IMG/VR virus record: IMGVR_UViG_3300035701_000008
Coordinates: 49,587-113,586 of that record
Length of the DNA stretch: 64,000 nucleotides
From: a virus
Direction: 5' to 3' (one strand)
Shown: positions 8,010 to 19,118 of the stretch, piece by piece
Layout: every line of letters begins with the position of its first letter
Position numbering within the stretch: position 1 is the stretch's first letter
Translations under genes and position numbers: made by a program
Notes under the pieces: model-generated
Seen by the model: only the letters and a program-made list of their open reading frames with translations
Told to the model about the DNA's origin: nothing
Database searches by the model: none

Positions 8010-9533
8010 CTATTTAATCGTAACTATACGATTAACAATTTTAGCTTTCATCTCGCTAAGAGTGTTAACAATAGAGTTGATTTCTGAAGCTGATATAGCT
8101 GGCATATTGAATTCATACTTTGTAGACTCAGTAGCAAATCCTTCTTTAGCTTTCTCTGCAAGAGATTCTAATTCACGAATAGCATATTCTTCATCCAATT
8201 GTAAGAAATCAAAGCTTCTATCATTCATAATCTGATCTGCTTCAGCAACAGTGGTAAGCATGAATGGAAGATATTCCCAACATCTACCTTTCTCTCTACC
8301 AATACCTACCACTTTCATAGGATTGTGAAGAGTCATAACAGTGGTATCACCACAAAGAACATAAGGAGCTGTATAACCTGCAAAGTGAAGACCTGCTGTA
8401 GCACAATCTTGTGTACTCCAGTTACAATCTTCTTTAGGCATAGCTACAACTTGTCCTATACGGATATCAAATGTTCTAGACCAGTTGTCAGTAAATCTAT
8501 TTTCTTCTCTATTAGGAAGATCTAGATATAATTCTGTCAACCCACCAATCTTTTGACCATGGTCTACATAAACAGTTTCTGTGTACTCATATTCTTCCAC
8601 TTCTCCTGTTCCATTACAATGTCCACAATCATGAGTATCTCCATCAAAATCTTCCCAATAACCATCACCATCACACTCTGGACATCTTGTGTCAGTGAAT
8701 GTTTTATCTTCTTCTAATTTATCATCATGTACAAGTTTGTACTCTCCATCCTCTAAGAATATAGTGTATTGATCTGGATTCTTCTTCCATACAGCTTTCA
8801 CCTTGTTGTAAGCATTACTTACAAAATGTACAAGCTCAGGAGATCCATGTAATGTAACAACATTTCTAAGAGCTACAAAGAATCCTTGTTTAGTGATTTT
8901 GAACTTATTTTCTGTTAAGAATCTGTATAGTTCATTAGCCACTTCAGCTCTTGGATTAAGACAACACCACATGAAGAAGTTCTTATGTGCCATGAAATCA
9001 TCATCTTCGTTAAGAGCTTGTTCAAAAGTTCTGTGATCAGCAAATTCATTTCCCACTCTATTCACTATCTCAATGAATTTCTCTACAAGTAATTGAGGCA
9101 TACTTCTAGATGTTCCTTTTAGATAAACACTATTACCCTCTACAGTGAAATCATCAATGTCTGCAAGTAATTGAATTCCTTTGTGAAGAGCTTTGATTCT
9201 CTCTGCTTCAGCTTTGACTCTCTCTACATCTTCTACAACATCTTTACATCCTACAATAGCATGTATTTCATAAATAGTCTTTGCTTTTTGAACAGCAAAA
9301 TAATCATCTTCTGTAGCACCAGGCTTACTGAAAATAGTTCCATCTGCTAACACTACAGTGAGTGTATCATTTACTAATTTAATAGCAAAATACGGTTTAG
9401 CATGACATTGTTGTTCTACAGGAACATCTTGTTCCATTAAGCTTTCTAGCTTGTTAGCTACCACTGTAGCAATTGCACTCTCTGCTGTTTCTTTGAACCA
9501 GTCTAACGATAAAAATTTGTTTGTACTCATCAT
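8010..9533 (-). CDS. rIIB: rIIB-like protein
   Basis: FFMWCCLNP..EVANELYRFL....ITKQGFFVALR and QDCATAGLHF match rIIB-type motifs; lies directly downstream of an rIIA-like gene. Confidence 0.75.
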   Translation of the reverse strand: MMSTNKFLSLDWFKETAESAIATVVANKLESLMEQDVPVEQQCHAKPYFAIKLVNDTLTVVLADGTIFSKPGATEDDYFAVQKAKTIYEIHAIVGCKDVVEDVERVKAEAERIKALHKGIQLLADIDDFTVEGNSVYLKGTSRSMPQLLVEKFIEIVNRVGNEFADHRTFEQALNEDDDFMAHKNFFMWCCLNPRAEVANELYRFLTENKFKITKQGFFVALRNVVTLHGSPELVHFVSNAYNKVKAVWKKNPDQYTIFLEDGEYKLVHDDKLEEDKTFTDTRCPECDGDGYWEDFDGDTHDCGHCNGTGEVEEYEYTETVYVDHGQKIGGLTELYLDLPNREENRFTDNWSRTFDIRIGQVVAMPKEDCNWSTQDCATAGLHFAGYTAPYVLCGDTTVMTLHNPMKVVGIGREKGRCWEYLPFMLTTVAEADQIMNDRSFDFLQLDEEYAIRELESLAEKAKEGFATESTKYEFNMPAISASEINSIVNTLSEMKAKIVNRIVTIK

Positions 9534-9564
9534 ATTTATTAATTAATTGTTACTTGTTAAATAA

Positions 9565-9582
9565 GGGGACATTTCTGTCCCC
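9565..9582 (-). terminator. GC hairpin between rIIA and rIIB
   Basis: GGGGACA-GAAA-TGTCCCC followed by TTATTT. Confidence 0.6.
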
Positions 9583-9590
9583 ATGTTAAA

Positions 9591-11885
9591 TTATGCTAAT
9601 TGGTCTATTGTTTCTTCTGTAAGCACTTCATCATTGATTTTGATGTTATAATGCTTTAAATCCACTCTGTGTTTGTAATACTTGAATAAATCAGTCATTA
9701 CATTAATCATTGGATCACCTTCATGGTAATAGCCCATTGATCTACATAAAGGATTTAAGAATTTAAGCTTATCTATAATATCTAACATCTCTAAATACTC
9801 TGGATATATAGCTGGATCAAATAACTTATTCTCATAAGCCACTTCTAACATTGCTTTTCTTATATCATCATTTGTTTGTATAAAATTCTTAGTTCTATAC
9901 TCAGCTAATCTTTCTAGTTTATTATAAAGATCTATAGAGGTATGTTTGATTAATGTTCTTTTCTCAAATATATATCTATAATTAACCATCAGATCATTGA
10001 TTAGTCCAGATGTTACGATTCTTTTAAATGGTGTTGTTTTCCCTTCCATAAATTTGTCATAGGATATTAAATTGTGTATATCTAATTGCTCTACAATCTT
10101 TAGTTCTCTATCAGAAAATGTAATCACTTCCATCTTCTGTTTTTGCATAATTCCATAGAGAGCATCAAGTTTTGGTGCATCTTCATGTCTACCATACACT
10201 TTTAATCCTTTATGTCTATGAAGTTCTTCTAACTTGTATAATTGTGAGTCAAATTTACAATTTTTACCACTGTATCGCATTAAATCAACACCTTTTTTAC
10301 AAACAATCTCTCCTTGAAGCTTTAGTCTTTTAGCAACACCTAATGCAGATTTAGTTATCTTTGCTTTTTTCTTGCTATCAACAAACTCTTGAGGAATATC
10401 ATATTCATCAAGATTGATGAAGTTTGATTCAACCATAGACATAATGTGTTGATACTCTTTAATAGCATCTCTCCATTTAGATCTTGGAAGTTTAGCAAGA
10501 TTCAATAAATGATAATATGTTTTAAGATTAAACTTAGAAGCCACTCCTAATTCCATAGGTTTGCCTCTCTTAACAAGAAAGTTGTAATCACTCTCTACAC
10601 ATGTAGCTCTTAAGTAATCCTTTTTGATTTGAGGAATTCTATCATTAAACACCCACACCTTACAACTTCCATTACATATAGATTCTAAATTATATCCCCA
10701 TACATAATGTTTATCTGCATCAGCCATTCTTTTATATCTCAATGAATATCTAGTAGGAAATGCATCTTGCAACATGTTTTGTTTGTGTTGCTTATACAAA
10801 GAAGGAAAGTTCAAAATCTTAACTCCTTCCAATACTGGAACAGTAGGTTTCACTGTGGCATATCTAATAAACTGATCAATGCTACGTTTGTTACCATCAG
10901 CCATTTCAATCATATGTCCATTCTTCTCAAGATAGTTAATCATAGACTTAATATCATCACCATTGTTTACAGATTTGTTGTAAAATTCAACATACCAATT
11001 ACCCACTTCACTAAGTTTACTCATGATGATTTTCTTAGCTTCTTGTGTATATCTCAATGATTCTCTGTTTGGTGTTGGATAGAGTCCATCACTCAATGAA
11101 AATCTAAGACCTACAGGAAAATCAATTCTATCAATACCAAGCTTCTCAAAATCTAAAGGATAGTACACATTGTCTAAACAGATGTGTAAATATGGATCTG
11201 TAGATAGTTCAGAGAACTGAAAGTGTTCATGTCTACTAATAATAAAATCATTAACAATACTTCTATCATCTGGTACATCAAAATACACACTCTCGAAATA
11301 ACAAAGTTGTTCTTTGATTTTCTTCTTGAACTGCCAAAGATCATTGTATTTAACAGGAATAATGATTTTTACACCATTAGCTTCTTCTGTCTCTTTTTCA
11401 TATAAAAGATCAATAGTGTTAGCATCTTCTCCTTCATACATCATATACTTACGTTCCATTCCATCTTTTCTACATACAAAATAAAACGAAGAAGAATAAG
11501 CTAATGGTGCCTTAAATCCGAGTCCCATCATACCTAACTCATTGTTACTCAACCGTTTAGTAGATTTACCATACTTACTAATAATGTTTCTTACATCATC
11601 TGCATCTAAGCCTATACCAAAATCTTCTACACAAAACTCATAATTGTTATATGAAGCAGCTTTTAGTGAAACTACAATTGGTGTATCAACACCAGCTCTT
11701 CTATGGCTATCTAGTGCATTACTTGCACATTCTCTGATAGCAGAGCCTATATCATCAGAATATAAATTCTTACTTAACATCTGCATCAATATCTGTGCAG
11801 AATCTAAGTCTAGTGACATTCCAATTGATTCTTGTGATTGTCCTTCTTCTAGGACATTTGCTTCTGTCTGTTTTTCTAATATCAT
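9591..11885 (-). CDS. rIIA: rIIA-like protein with GHKL (HATPase_c) domain
   Basis: LYSD...IRECASNALDSH, EDFGIGL, YGKSTKR..N..GMMGLGFKAP, PNRESLRY. Confidence 0.8.
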   Translation of the reverse strand: MILEKQTEANVLEEGQSQESIGMSLDLDSAQILMQMLSKNLYSDDIGSAIRECASNALDSHRRAGVDTPIVVSLKAASYNNYEFCVEDFGIGLDADDVRNIISKYGKSTKRLSNNELGMMGLGFKAPLAYSSSFYFVCRKDGMERKYMMYEGEDANTIDLLYEKETEEANGVKIIIPVKYNDLWQFKKKIKEQLCYFESVYFDVPDDRSIVNDFIISRHEHFQFSELSTDPYLHICLDNVYYPLDFEKLGIDRIDFPVGLRFSLSDGLYPTPNRESLRYTQEAKKIIMSKLSEVGNWYVEFYNKSVNNGDDIKSMINYLEKNGHMIEMADGNKRSIDQFIRYATVKPTVPVLEGVKILNFPSLYKQHKQNMLQDAFPTRYSLRYKRMADADKHYVWGYNLESICNGSCKVWVFNDRIPQIKKDYLRATCVESDYNFLVKRGKPMELGVASKFNLKTYYHLLNLAKLPRSKWRDAIKEYQHIMSMVESNFINLDEYDIPQEFVDSKKKAKITKSALGVAKRLKLQGEIVCKKGVDLMRYSGKNCKFDSQLYKLEELHRHKGLKVYGRHEDAPKLDALYGIMQKQKMEVITFSDRELKIVEQLDIHNLISYDKFMEGKTTPFKRIVTSGLINDLMVNYRYIFEKRTLIKHTSIDLYNKLERLAEYRTKNFIQTNDDIRKAMLEVAYENKLFDPAIYPEYLEMLDIIDKLKFLNPLCRSMGYYHEGDPMINVMTDLFKYYKHRVDLKHYNIKINDEVLTEETIDQLA

Positions 11886-11895
11886 TTCTCTAGTT

Positions 11896-12230
11896 TTAAA
11901 TTATTTCTGTTCTCTTTACTAACCAAATCTGTCTACCACTAAGATCTACTGACACTCTAAGATTATGATCTTCAGGTGTAGGTATCCATGTTTTATACAC
12001 TCTATTGTGAACTTTTCCTGCACCATCAGTATAAGAATGTGTTACCACTTGATTTTGTCTTGTTGTACATCTAAAGTTTGCAAGCAATGGTTGTTTTGTT
12101 TTCCAATGCATTTTAGTTTTACTCATTGTTGGTGGTGTTAACACCCTTAAATACTTGAAATAAGACTGACAAGATATCATTATCTCATCACCTACTTGTA
12201 CATCTTCCACTTTAATTAATACGTTTTCCA
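11896..12230 (-). CDS. hypothetical protein, probable start MENV
   Basis: KVEDVQVGDEI, SH3-like pattern. Confidence 0.5.
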
Positions 12231-12241
12231 TAATTTTAATT

Positions 12242-12961
12242 TTAAAAGGGCACATCTACAGGCAACCATTGCACTGTGAACCCATTGGTTTCTTCTAATA
12301 ACACATCTACTTTACTAAATACACCTTCTGTATCCCATTCGCTATTCTTATAAGCTGCAGATGCTGGATGACTAAGTTCAAACACATGAGCAAATATGCC
12401 TGTGTATTTTTTATACTTAGCTGCATCTTTGCCTAAGAATATAATTGGAACACCTAAGTGATTTATAATTTCCTCAAACAGATATTTGATAAATGGTTCC
12501 CATATTTCTAAATGAGAACCTGCTTTATTAATCTCTGTTGTTAGAGCTGCATTTAACATTAACACCCCTTGATCTGCTAAATAACTTACGTCTGGAGCTG
12601 GTGTGTAGTTTAGATTTAATCCATTATAGAATTCTTTCTCCAAACCTCCATAAAACTGTTCTAGTGTAGGTTGTAATTTACCTGTAATAGAACAACCCAT
12701 AAGTAATCCATCTGCAACTGGTGCATCGTTCTTAAGAGTGTGGTATGGACATAGTCCTACCATCACTGCTTTAATATCATCTAGTGGTGTTTCCAAGAAA
12801 CATCTCCAAACATGCATAGATAGAGGAGCAACTCTTTTACCTCTCTTACTCTCTGCTTTTAGATATGCATATATCTTATCACATTCTTCACTCTCGATGA
12901 ATGGTCTCATCCTAGATCTCCAAGATGGATGAAACTGATGTTTAAAGTTTTCCCAATTCAT
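12242..12961 (-). CDS. ung: uracil-DNA glycosylase, family 1
   Basis: VMVGLCPYH (variant of GQDPYH), ADGL, QGVLMLNAALT, GSH..IWEPF, SHPAS. Confidence 0.9.
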   Translation of the reverse strand: MNWENFKHQFHPSWRSRMRPFIESEECDKIYAYLKAESKRGKRVAPLSMHVWRCFLETPLDDIKAVMVGLCPYHTLKNDAPVADGLLMGCSITGKLQPTLEQFYGGLEKEFYNGLNLNYTPAPDVSYLADQGVLMLNAALTTEINKAGSHLEIWEPFIKYLFEEIINHLGVPIIFLGKDAAKYKKYTGIFAHVFELSHPASAAYKNSEWDTEGVFSKVDVLLEETNGFTVQWLPVDVPF

Positions 12962-13115
12962 AATGATAATGATATTTTTCTATGAAAGAATTTAGTTAAT
13001 ATTCCTTCTAGGTTTTCTACACTTATACATTCTATTTCATCTCTTCCAGCCATAAGCCATTCAATGTTCTCTTTAATCTGTTCTTCGAGTATTTCTAACT
13101 CATCATCTGTTACTC

Positions 13116-13379
13116 TCATAATCCTTGTTCTTTTTTATAGATTTCTAATAGCTCTTTTGTTGTTATCCATTTTCCTGAATCAAAATGATACCATTTATTT
13201 TTACCTTCATGATAGCCTAATCTATTTTCTGTTTTATTCATCCACTCTGCAAATCCAATAGCAAATTCATCTGCTATCAATACACATCTTATAGCTCTAT
13301 CAAGACAATCTTCTTGTCCTAACTTCCATTGAACATTTGGATAGAATAATTGAATCAGTTTGTTTTCTTTTGTTGTCAT
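13116..13379 (-). CDS. small hypothetical protein
   Basis: ADEFAIGFAEW...TTKELLEIYKKE. Confidence 0.55.
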   Translation of the reverse strand: MTTKENKLIQLFYPNVQWKLGQEDCLDRAIRCVLIADEFAIGFAEWMNKTENRLGYHEGKNKWYHFDSGKWITTKELLEIYKKEQGL

Positions 13380-13382
13380 AGT

Positions 13383-13781
13383 TTAATATTCTAAAATTCC
13401 TGAATCTCTAATAGCTTCATAAAGCTCTTTCTTCTGTGGAGGAAATAACACTGTAGCATCAATCAGAGCTTCTAAATATCTCTTTCTAGTTGATATGTCT
13501 AATATGTTATTCACCTTAAGTGCACTATCTATTCTATTTGATAGTTCTGTTATCACTGTAGCTCCTCTTTTGAAATGTTCTGCATCTTCCTCATCTCTCA
13601 CTTCAATAAGTTTACCTACATATCCTTCAATGTGTGGAATAGTTTGTTTAAGAGACTGTTTAGCTCTATGTGTAAACAAATTATTCTCATTCATTGTTTC
13701 GAATCTCTCCAATAATGCAACAGAGAGGGATAAGCTCTCTATCACTATATCATTTAGTTCATCTGATGTTAATTTACTCAT
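13383..13781 (-). CDS. hypothetical protein
   Basis: ORF within the operon. Confidence 0.55.
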   Translation of the reverse strand: MSKLTSDELNDIVIESLSLSVALLERFETMNENNLFTHRAKQSLKQTIPHIEGYVGKLIEVRDEEDAEHFKRGATVITELSNRIDSALKVNNILDISTRKRYLEALIDATVLFPPQKKELYEAIRDSGILEY

Positions 13782-14160
13782 ATTTCTTATTTTTTATCTG
13801 TATTAGCATTTTTGTTGGGTTTACAGCTGTTTTTATTCTCTGTATTTTAAAATTCTCTTCCAAATATAAGTATTCCATTAGCATCTTTACGAACTGCAAA
13901 ATGAAAATTTAAAAATGGAATACGCAATAAAATTTGTCCGTATTCAAAACTTATACTTAATCCAATTTGTCTTTTAAAATAAACTGAAAATCTATATTCT
14001 CCTCCCATAACTTATTTATTTAAAGTTGTTACATTCACTACATTCACTTCTTTCTTCTTTCTAATCTTATCAAATGCTTTCCAATCAACACTAAATGTTC
14101 TTCCGTATTTATCAGTTAGTTTACCGTTATTCATTTGAATATTAGATGGGTTTCTTACTC

Positions 14161-15165
14161 TCATATTATATCTCTTTTAGTTAAATATTCTTCTATAACT
14201 TTTAATCCATGTGCTTTAGCAAGGTCACTCCAGTCTTTAATTCCTTCTTCTAGATATATCTTTGGTACATTACAATACTCAAACCCAAACTTATCAGTTA
14301 TAAGCTGAGAATTCTTTACACCAGTCTCATCACTATCAAAGCTCAATATCTGTCTGTCTGAGTTCTCTTTTAGATATTCAATGTTCTCTTCAGAGAAACA
14401 TCCCATACCCTCATTCTGAACTGCACAACAACATGGATAGATCTTTTTCATCACCATGTAATCCTTCTTACTCTTATTGATGAAAGCAACATCACAATTT
14501 GTGATATCATCTAGTCCATCCATCATAGTGATAGGTACATTATTAGGCATCCACTTATTCTTCTTATCTGCATATGGTCTGTAGATTTTCCAATGTCCTT
14601 CATATAGATAACCAAATCTCAATTCAGAGTCCTTTATAGGAAACTTTTGTTTATTTAGATATACAGTGTCTATTGAATACACATTGTTAGCTCTAAGATC
14701 ATCTATGTCCTGATAATACATATTCCAATATGCTAGTTCTTCATTAGTAAACTTTCTTGTCTTCACTTGAATGAAAAACTCACGTTTAGATGTAGCAGTT
14801 GGTTGTGCATAATCAGAAACAATCCTCTCATAGTTTTTTGTAGAGGATGCAGATATAATCCCAAGATCAAAATCTCTATCAATCATCAACATTGCTTCAC
14901 GCAATGATATATTGAAAAGCATCATGACAAAATCAAAACATCCACCTTTCTTACTAGAATCTCCAAAATCACAATATTTCAATGATCCTGCTCTATATCC
15001 TATAATGAATGAAGGATTCTTTTCATTTCTAAAGGGTGAATAAGTAACTACATTTATTTTCCAATTCTGATGTGGCATATAAAACTTATAAATATCATAT
15101 TCAGATATTTTATTCAATATGCTATCAGGTGTCAAGTTGATTCTTTTTTTCCCTTGTATACTCAT
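14161..15165 (-). CDS. DNA primase, crAss-type with TOPRIM domain; probable start MSIQ at 15165
   Basis: SPFRNEKNPSF..YCDFG, KIYRP, INKSKKD, FDSDETG, IKDWSD. Confidence 0.85.
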   Translation of the reverse strand: MSIQGKKRINLTPDSILNKISEYDIYKFYMPHQNWKINVVTYSPFRNEKNPSFIIGYRAGSLKYCDFGDSSKKGGCFDFVMMLFNISLREAMLMIDRDFDLGIISASSTKNYERIVSDYAQPTATSKREFFIQVKTRKFTNEELAYWNMYYQDIDDLRANNVYSIDTVYLNKQKFPIKDSELRFGYLYEGHWKIYRPYADKKNKWMPNNVPITMMDGLDDITNCDVAFINKSKKDYMVMKKIYPCCCAVQNEGMGCFSEENIEYLKENSDRQILSFDSDETGVKNSQLITDKFGFEYCNVPKIYLEEGIKDWSDLAKAHGLKVIEEYLTKRDII

Positions 15166-15177
15166 AGCTTTAAATAT

Positions 15178-15209
15178 AAAAAGCCTCATCAAATTAATGA
15201 TGAGGCTTC
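15178..15209 (-). terminator. intrinsic terminator
   Basis: AAGCCTCATCA / TGATGAGGCTT followed by TTT. Confidence 0.8.
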
Positions 15210-15227
15210 TTACAGAATTAACAATTA

Positions 15228-16097
15228 TTAATAATCATCCCCATCATCAGAAATAAATGCATCAGAAGCAACTAAGTTATCATCTGCATTATAATCCTGA
15301 AGATCTTTAAATGTATAATAGTCTTTACAACCATATTCACCTATAACATTCACTACGAATTTCTCGTGTGCTTTCAAATCTTTAGGTTTCTTGTTTTTAA
15401 GAGAGTCTTGTGTTTTTCTGTTTCCATAATCAACAAGTCTAAATTGTTTCAAAGCATAACCACCCAAGAAGGCTTTGTTATATATTCCTTGATATTCTTT
15501 AGATTCTCCATCTCTTTCTTTAACAATCACTGTTGCTAAAGCTACAACAGATTTAGCCCATTCTCCACCAACTTGATCTCTAAGGTCTTTTACATTACCT
15601 CTCATCAACTTCTTCCATTCTAATTGTAGAACAGTGTCTGCATCACGATAATCAAGATCAGCTAACCATGTTCTCATGAAGTTGTAAAGATCTTCTTCTC
15701 CTGTATATGCCACTCTGAAATCTCTTCCTTTAGTAAACCATTCAGCAAGATTATTTTCATCATCTGCCCAAGAACACATACCAATAGAATTGATATATTG
15801 TTTCTTAGTACCATCTTTGTTCTCTCTTTCCTTATCTTCTAAGAAAAAGCTCACTTTAAACTTGTCTTCTTGATTAACTCTCTGTAACCAAAAATCAACA
15901 CGTAGATAGCTATTACCATCTTTAGTCTCACCTAAATACTCAGCAGCTTTGCTGTCTTCTTTAAGCTCCATACCAAGCTTGTCTTTAAACTCTTCTAGTG
16001 TTGGATTAATTGCAATCACGTTAGCCTCGAAGAGGCCTACTTTCTTTCCAAAGTCTCCACTTCCTGTGTTTTCTCTCTTTTTTCCTCCGATGTTCAT
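15228..16097 (-). CDS. probable ssDNA-binding or annealing-associated protein
   Basis: VIAINPT..E, RVDFWL, acidic C-terminal tail SDDGDDY; sits between the AAA_24 and primase genes. Confidence 0.55.
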   Translation of the reverse strand: MNIGGKKRENTGSGDFGKKVGLFEANVIAINPTLEEFKDKLGMELKEDSKAAEYLGETKDGNSYLRVDFWLQRVNQEDKFKVSFFLEDKERENKDGTKKQYINSIGMCSWADDENNLAEWFTKGRDFRVAYTGEEDLYNFMRTWLADLDYRDADTVLQLEWKKLMRGNVKDLRDQVGGEWAKSVVALATVIVKERDGESKEYQGIYNKAFLGGYALKQFRLVDYGNRKTQDSLKNKKPKDLKAHEKFVVNVIGEYGCKDYYTFKDLQDYNADDNLVASDAFISDDGDDY

Positions 16098-16115
16098 AAT
16101 TTTAATTTATTTAGT

Positions 16116-16787
16116 TTATTTATAATAATTTGTTAAGTTGTCTACTACCAATTGTAAATTGTTTGGTATTTTGGTTTCTGCGAACATTCCATCAGGACTT
16201 TTAGCTGGTATTTTTCTATAACGATTAGTTACAAGTTGATAGTTAGCTGTTCCATCTTTGTTCTCTTCTACAAGTGTGTATAAACACACAGTTAACAGTC
16301 CTTCTAATAACACTTGATTGTCAATTAGCTTACCTGCTGTCTTAATTTTATATCCTATAACATCTTGTCCATCCATCACTTCTTCTGGATGTGTAAGATA
16401 GAATACAGTGATATCTTCTCTTAGTTGTCTAGCTGTTCTAAATAGATCCACCATGTCTTTAGCCATAACACTAAATTTAGTAAATCCTACCTCTGTAGCT
16501 TTTGCCACCATATTGAATCCCATAATGTAATTAGAGTCTTCAATGATGATGTTCTTGATGTGAGGAGCTTTGTCTGAAATAGTTTTTAATAATCTACTGA
16601 TTTCATTTGCATCTTCAATTTCCTTGTAATTTTTGTTTTCAGCATTGTAAAGTTTTTCAGATCCTTTGAAAGGAAGCTCTTTCTTTGCAACATTAATAAT
16701 GTACGTTTCTTCTGGATTTAGATGTTTGATGCTGGTTGATTTACCAGTTCCCGTAGCACCTACAATCCCTACTAGCTTTGAACTCAT
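16116..16787 (-). CDS. AAA_24/Sak4-like ATPase
   Basis: GATGTGKSTS, KELPF, IIIEDSNY, LEGL.T..L, AKSP.GMF. Confidence 0.8.
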   Translation of the reverse strand: MSSKLVGIVGATGTGKSTSIKHLNPEETYIINVAKKELPFKGSEKLYNAENKNYKEIEDANEISRLLKTISDKAPHIKNIIIEDSNYIMGFNMVAKATEVGFTKFSVMAKDMVDLFRTARQLREDITVFYLTHPEEVMDGQDVIGYKIKTAGKLIDNQVLLEGLLTVCLYTLVEENKDGTANYQLVTNRYRKIPAKSPDGMFAETKIPNNLQLVVDNLTNYYK

Positions 16788-16847
16788 AGTTTTTAATTTA
16801 TTTAGTTATTTAATTTATTCTATAAAGATACGAAATAATCTTTTTGA

Positions 16848-17921
16848 TTACAAGTATTTTATTTTGTTTTTATTAATACTCTCTAAGCTTTTTTTGAGCC
16901 AATTCTGTTGGAATGTTTCATTACTAACAAAAATATGTATGTTAGAATGTTCTGTATCATCTAATAATGATCTACCTATCATTTGTTCAAGGTTTTCTCC
17001 ATTACTATTAATGGCTGTAATAAGAATATTAGAAAGATTAGGAAATGTAACACCTGCAGATGCTTTCTTAATAAGACAAAGTTTATTTATATCACCATCT
17101 TGAAATGATTTTAATACAGAGTCATCTTTACTTTTACTATTAAACATGGGAAGTTTGTATTTCTCTCCTGTTTTCTCACTAGAACTAAACAATATGAATC
17201 TTTCATTAGGATTAGACTTTATCCAATTACTAACTGCATTAAATAAAGAATCTGTAGAATTGATAAATCTCATTCTTTCCAGAGCAGCAAACATTTTTTG
17301 TTGTCCATTAGTATTAATAATTCTATTACCAAGTCTATTACATTCTTTCTTTTCTGTAGATTTCCATTTTTTAGTTTTACCATATTCTACAATAGAAGAA
17401 GAATCTAAATCATACTGATGAACAAATATACTAAAATCACTAACAATACCATCTTCAATTGCTTGTTCCGTACTATAATTAACAATCATTTTCATTCCTG
17501 AATATAATTTTATATTAGAAAGAGTTTCTTGATTGTATGTACCAGAAGCAAATATTACATGTTTATTATTTTTAGCTATTTCTCCTGCTATTGGTAATTG
17601 ATTCTCTTCTCCAAGCAAATGAGCTTCATCAAATATATAATATGATGCTTTTACACTCTTCATTTTTTCTAAAGACATAAATGTAGAGAATATAAACTCT
17701 GGATGATAATCAATCAATTCACATTCCTTTTCCCAAGAATTTTTGATATCTATATTGGGATAGGCTAAGAATATTAACGGGGCATCTTCTAAAGAATGTT
17801 TTCTAATAGATTCTAAAATCATTCTTGTTTTTCCACTTCTAACAGAAGATAATACAATTCCTTTACAATTAGCATTTACAATTGTATTTATTATTCCTTT
17901 TTGTATTTCATCTTTTGTCAT
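16848..17921 (-). CDS. superfamily 2 helicase
   Basis: RSGKT Walker A, FDEAH, SGT, EQMIGR. Confidence 0.85.
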   Translation of the reverse strand: MTKDEIQKGIINTIVNANCKGIVLSSVRSGKTRMILESIRKHSLEDAPLIFLAYPNIDIKNSWEKECELIDYHPEFIFSTFMSLEKMKSVKASYYIFDEAHLLGEENQLPIAGEIAKNNKHVIFASGTYNQETLSNIKLYSGMKMIVNYSTEQAIEDGIVSDFSIFVHQYDLDSSSIVEYGKTKKWKSTEKKECNRLGNRIINTNGQQKMFAALERMRFINSTDSLFNAVSNWIKSNPNERFILFSSSEKTGEKYKLPMFNSKSKDDSVLKSFQDGDINKLCLIKKASAGVTFPNLSNILITAINSNGENLEQMIGRSLLDDTEHSNIHIFVSNETFQQNWLKKSLESINKNKIKYL

Positions 17922-17935
17922 TATATTTTAATTTG

Positions 17936-19000
17936 TTATCTTAAAAACCAACTTTTATTAACAACTGATTCATAATCTGCATCAGTCATATCTTTTTTCC
18001 TATTTAATTCCTTGAACATTCCTATTTGGCCAAAGAAACCAAGACCAATTCTTACATCATCTTCTCCATAGCTATTCTTGATTAGTCTTAAGCTTCTGAA
18101 ATACTTAGCACCATATTGATCTTTTAGTTTATCTAGGTCATATCCACTAGGATCTGCCACTTTATATCTCATAGGATCAAATAAGGCCATTACAACATCA
18201 GCATCATTCTGTGTGCTAGAGCTATCTGCAAAATCTTCTAGTTGAGGTTCAACATCACCATTCTTTATCCTAGATGGATTAGAAATACTTCTGTTAAACT
18301 GAGAGACCACTACAGGACTATATCCATAGAAATCTCTAGCATATCTGAGTTCATCAGACATCTTATCAATAGCATCTTTCTTTGTAGGTTGAGCTGTTGT
18401 TGTTTTTAGAAGACCAATGTGATCTACAACCACCATAGTGATTTGTGTTGGATCATTAGGAACATATATTTTGTTCCATTGGTCCATTTGTTCTATAGAT
18501 CCATTATCAAGAGCATAAGCTTTTAGTTCTTTAGCTATACCTACAGGATTCTCTGGACCATCTATGATGGTAACTATTTCACTAAGCTGATCTACATAAT
18601 CTTTATAATATAAGAAAAGATCATGTTCATCTTTAGTCATCTTTTCATTCCAACCAAGAAGCTTACCTACAGGAATAATGATTCCCTGGTCTAGAAATAT
18701 TTTACGAGATACCCATTTAGCCATCTTGTATGTTCTACTTCTCTCCATAGATCTATACCACACCTTCACTTTAATCCCTGAAGCAATTCCTTCTTTAGAA
18801 AGAGCCCAATCAACAGGATTAAGAACAAAAGCATCATCAATAAAGCTTGTCTTACCTGAACCAGTGTTACCACCTATCAAATAATACATACCCTTACGAA
18901 TACCTACATATCTAGTCAAGCGATCAAAGCCCATTGGTATCCCTCTATTGAAGTCACCTAGACCTTTCTCAACTTCTGCATTTAATAGTTCAAAACTCAT
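17936..19000 (-). CDS. dnaB: DnaB-like replicative helicase, probable start MSFE at 19000
   Basis: GGNTGSGKTS, SMER, VVVDHIGL, VSQFNR, DADVVMALF, KNSYG. Confidence 0.88.
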   Translation of the reverse strand: MSFELLNAEVEKGLGDFNRGIPMGFDRLTRYVGIRKGMYYLIGGNTGSGKTSFIDDAFVLNPVDWALSKEGIASGIKVKVWYRSMERSRTYKMAKWVSRKIFLDQGIIIPVGKLLGWNEKMTKDEHDLFLYYKDYVDQLSEIVTIIDGPENPVGIAKELKAYALDNGSIEQMDQWNKIYVPNDPTQITMVVVDHIGLLKTTTAQPTKKDAIDKMSDELRYARDFYGYSPVVVSQFNRSISNPSRIKNGDVEPQLEDFADSSSTQNDADVVMALFDPMRYKVADPSGYDLDKLKDQYGAKYFRSLRLIKNSYGEDDVRIGLGFFGQIGMFKELNRKKDMTDADYESVVNKSWFLR

Positions 19001-19118
19001 AGTTTTACTATTTTCCAGCCATACTTTGACCAATTTTTTAAATAAGCTCCATACGAACAATACGAAGTTTTATTCAATCTTCTCTCGTAGATTGTAATAA
19101 TATCATTTTCTTTTGCTG

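Noticed and set aside
13810-13826. 15/16 match to the 52975 loop region
   Set aside because: It precedes only an 11-codon ORF and is plausibly chance in T-rich sequence.
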